Positions 63,406 to 64,000 of a stretch of 64,000 nt of DNA are shown one piece after another. The DNA lies in NCBI GenBank assembly GCA_964016885.1, contig OZ024755.1, forward strand, positions 37,634,001 to 37,698,000, written 5' to 3'. The DNA is from Eledone cirrhosa. Taxonomy: Eukaryota. Under the pieces are notes generated by a model that did no database searches, was not told the DNA's origin, and saw only the letters and a program-made list of their open reading frames with translations. Made by a program: the position numbers and the translations under genes. How positions within the stretch are numbered: the first letter of the stretch is position 1; each line of letters begins with the position of its first letter.

Positions 63406-64000
63406 CTTGGTTGATGGAAAGGTTTTGTGATTTGTGGAAAGTCTTGGTTGATGGAAAGGTTTTGTGATTTGTGGAATGTCTTGGTTGATGGAAAGGTTTT
63501 GTGATTTGTGGAGTAACTTGGTTAATGGAAAGGTTTTGTGATTTGTAGAGTAACTTGGTTAATGGAAAGGTTTTGTGATTCGTGGAAAGTTTTGGGTGAT
63601 GGAAAGGTTTTGTGATTTGTGGAAAGTCTTGGTTGATGGAAAGGTTTTGTGATTTGTGGAGTGTCTTGGTTGATGGAAAGGTTTTGTGATTTGTAGAGTA
63701 ACTTGGTTAATGGAAAGGTTTTGTGATTTGTGGAAAGTTTTGGGTGATGGAAAGGTTTTGTGATTTGTGGAAAGTCTTGGTTGATGGAAAGGTTTTGTGA
63801 TTTGTGGAGTGTCTTGGTTGATGGAAAGGTTTTGTGATTTGTGGAAAGTCTTGGTTGATGGAAAGGTTTTGTGATTTGTGGAGTGTCTTGGTTGATGGAA
63901 AAGTTTTGTGATTTGTAGAGTAACTTGGTTGATGGAAAGGTTTTGTGATTTGTAGAGTAACTTGGTTGATGGAAAGGTTTTGTGATTTGTGGAAAGTCTT
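63406..64000. repeat. 37-bp minisatellite, ~16 copies, runs off the window
   Basis: Unit cttggttgatggaaaggttttgtgatttgtggaaagt. Confidence 0.95.

Overview
This is eukaryotic, repeat-dominated DNA; the SINE families point to an octopod cephalopod (inference). The only host gene supported is RAP1GDS1/SmgGDS on the minus strand. Four phase-1 coding exons splice into one open frame: 34663-34568, 6098-5967, 4879-4754 and 1141-995. The intron between the first two is about 28.5 kb, and the ATG exon was not located. The rest is intronic: degenerate RTE, Expander/Rex3-like and L1/Tx1 LINEs, a Penelope-like fragment, two abundant SINE families, piggyBac-, hAT- and mariner-type MITEs, a Helitron, minisatellites and microsatellites. 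Most listed ORFs are low-complexity artefacts. The notable signals are: (1) a SINE copy at 30097-30256 with 16 T>C changes in ADAR-type context, suggesting a hyper-edited RNA written back into DNA; (2) about eight hammerhead-ribozyme motifs in (TA)n tracts, including two with intact cores inside a ~334-bp near-perfect palindrome; (3) an RTE LINE with a PHD finger inside its RT region, paired with a SINE that shares both its 5' and 3' sequences; (4) repeated birth of minisatellites from internal transposon segments. All alignments and folds were done by eye.
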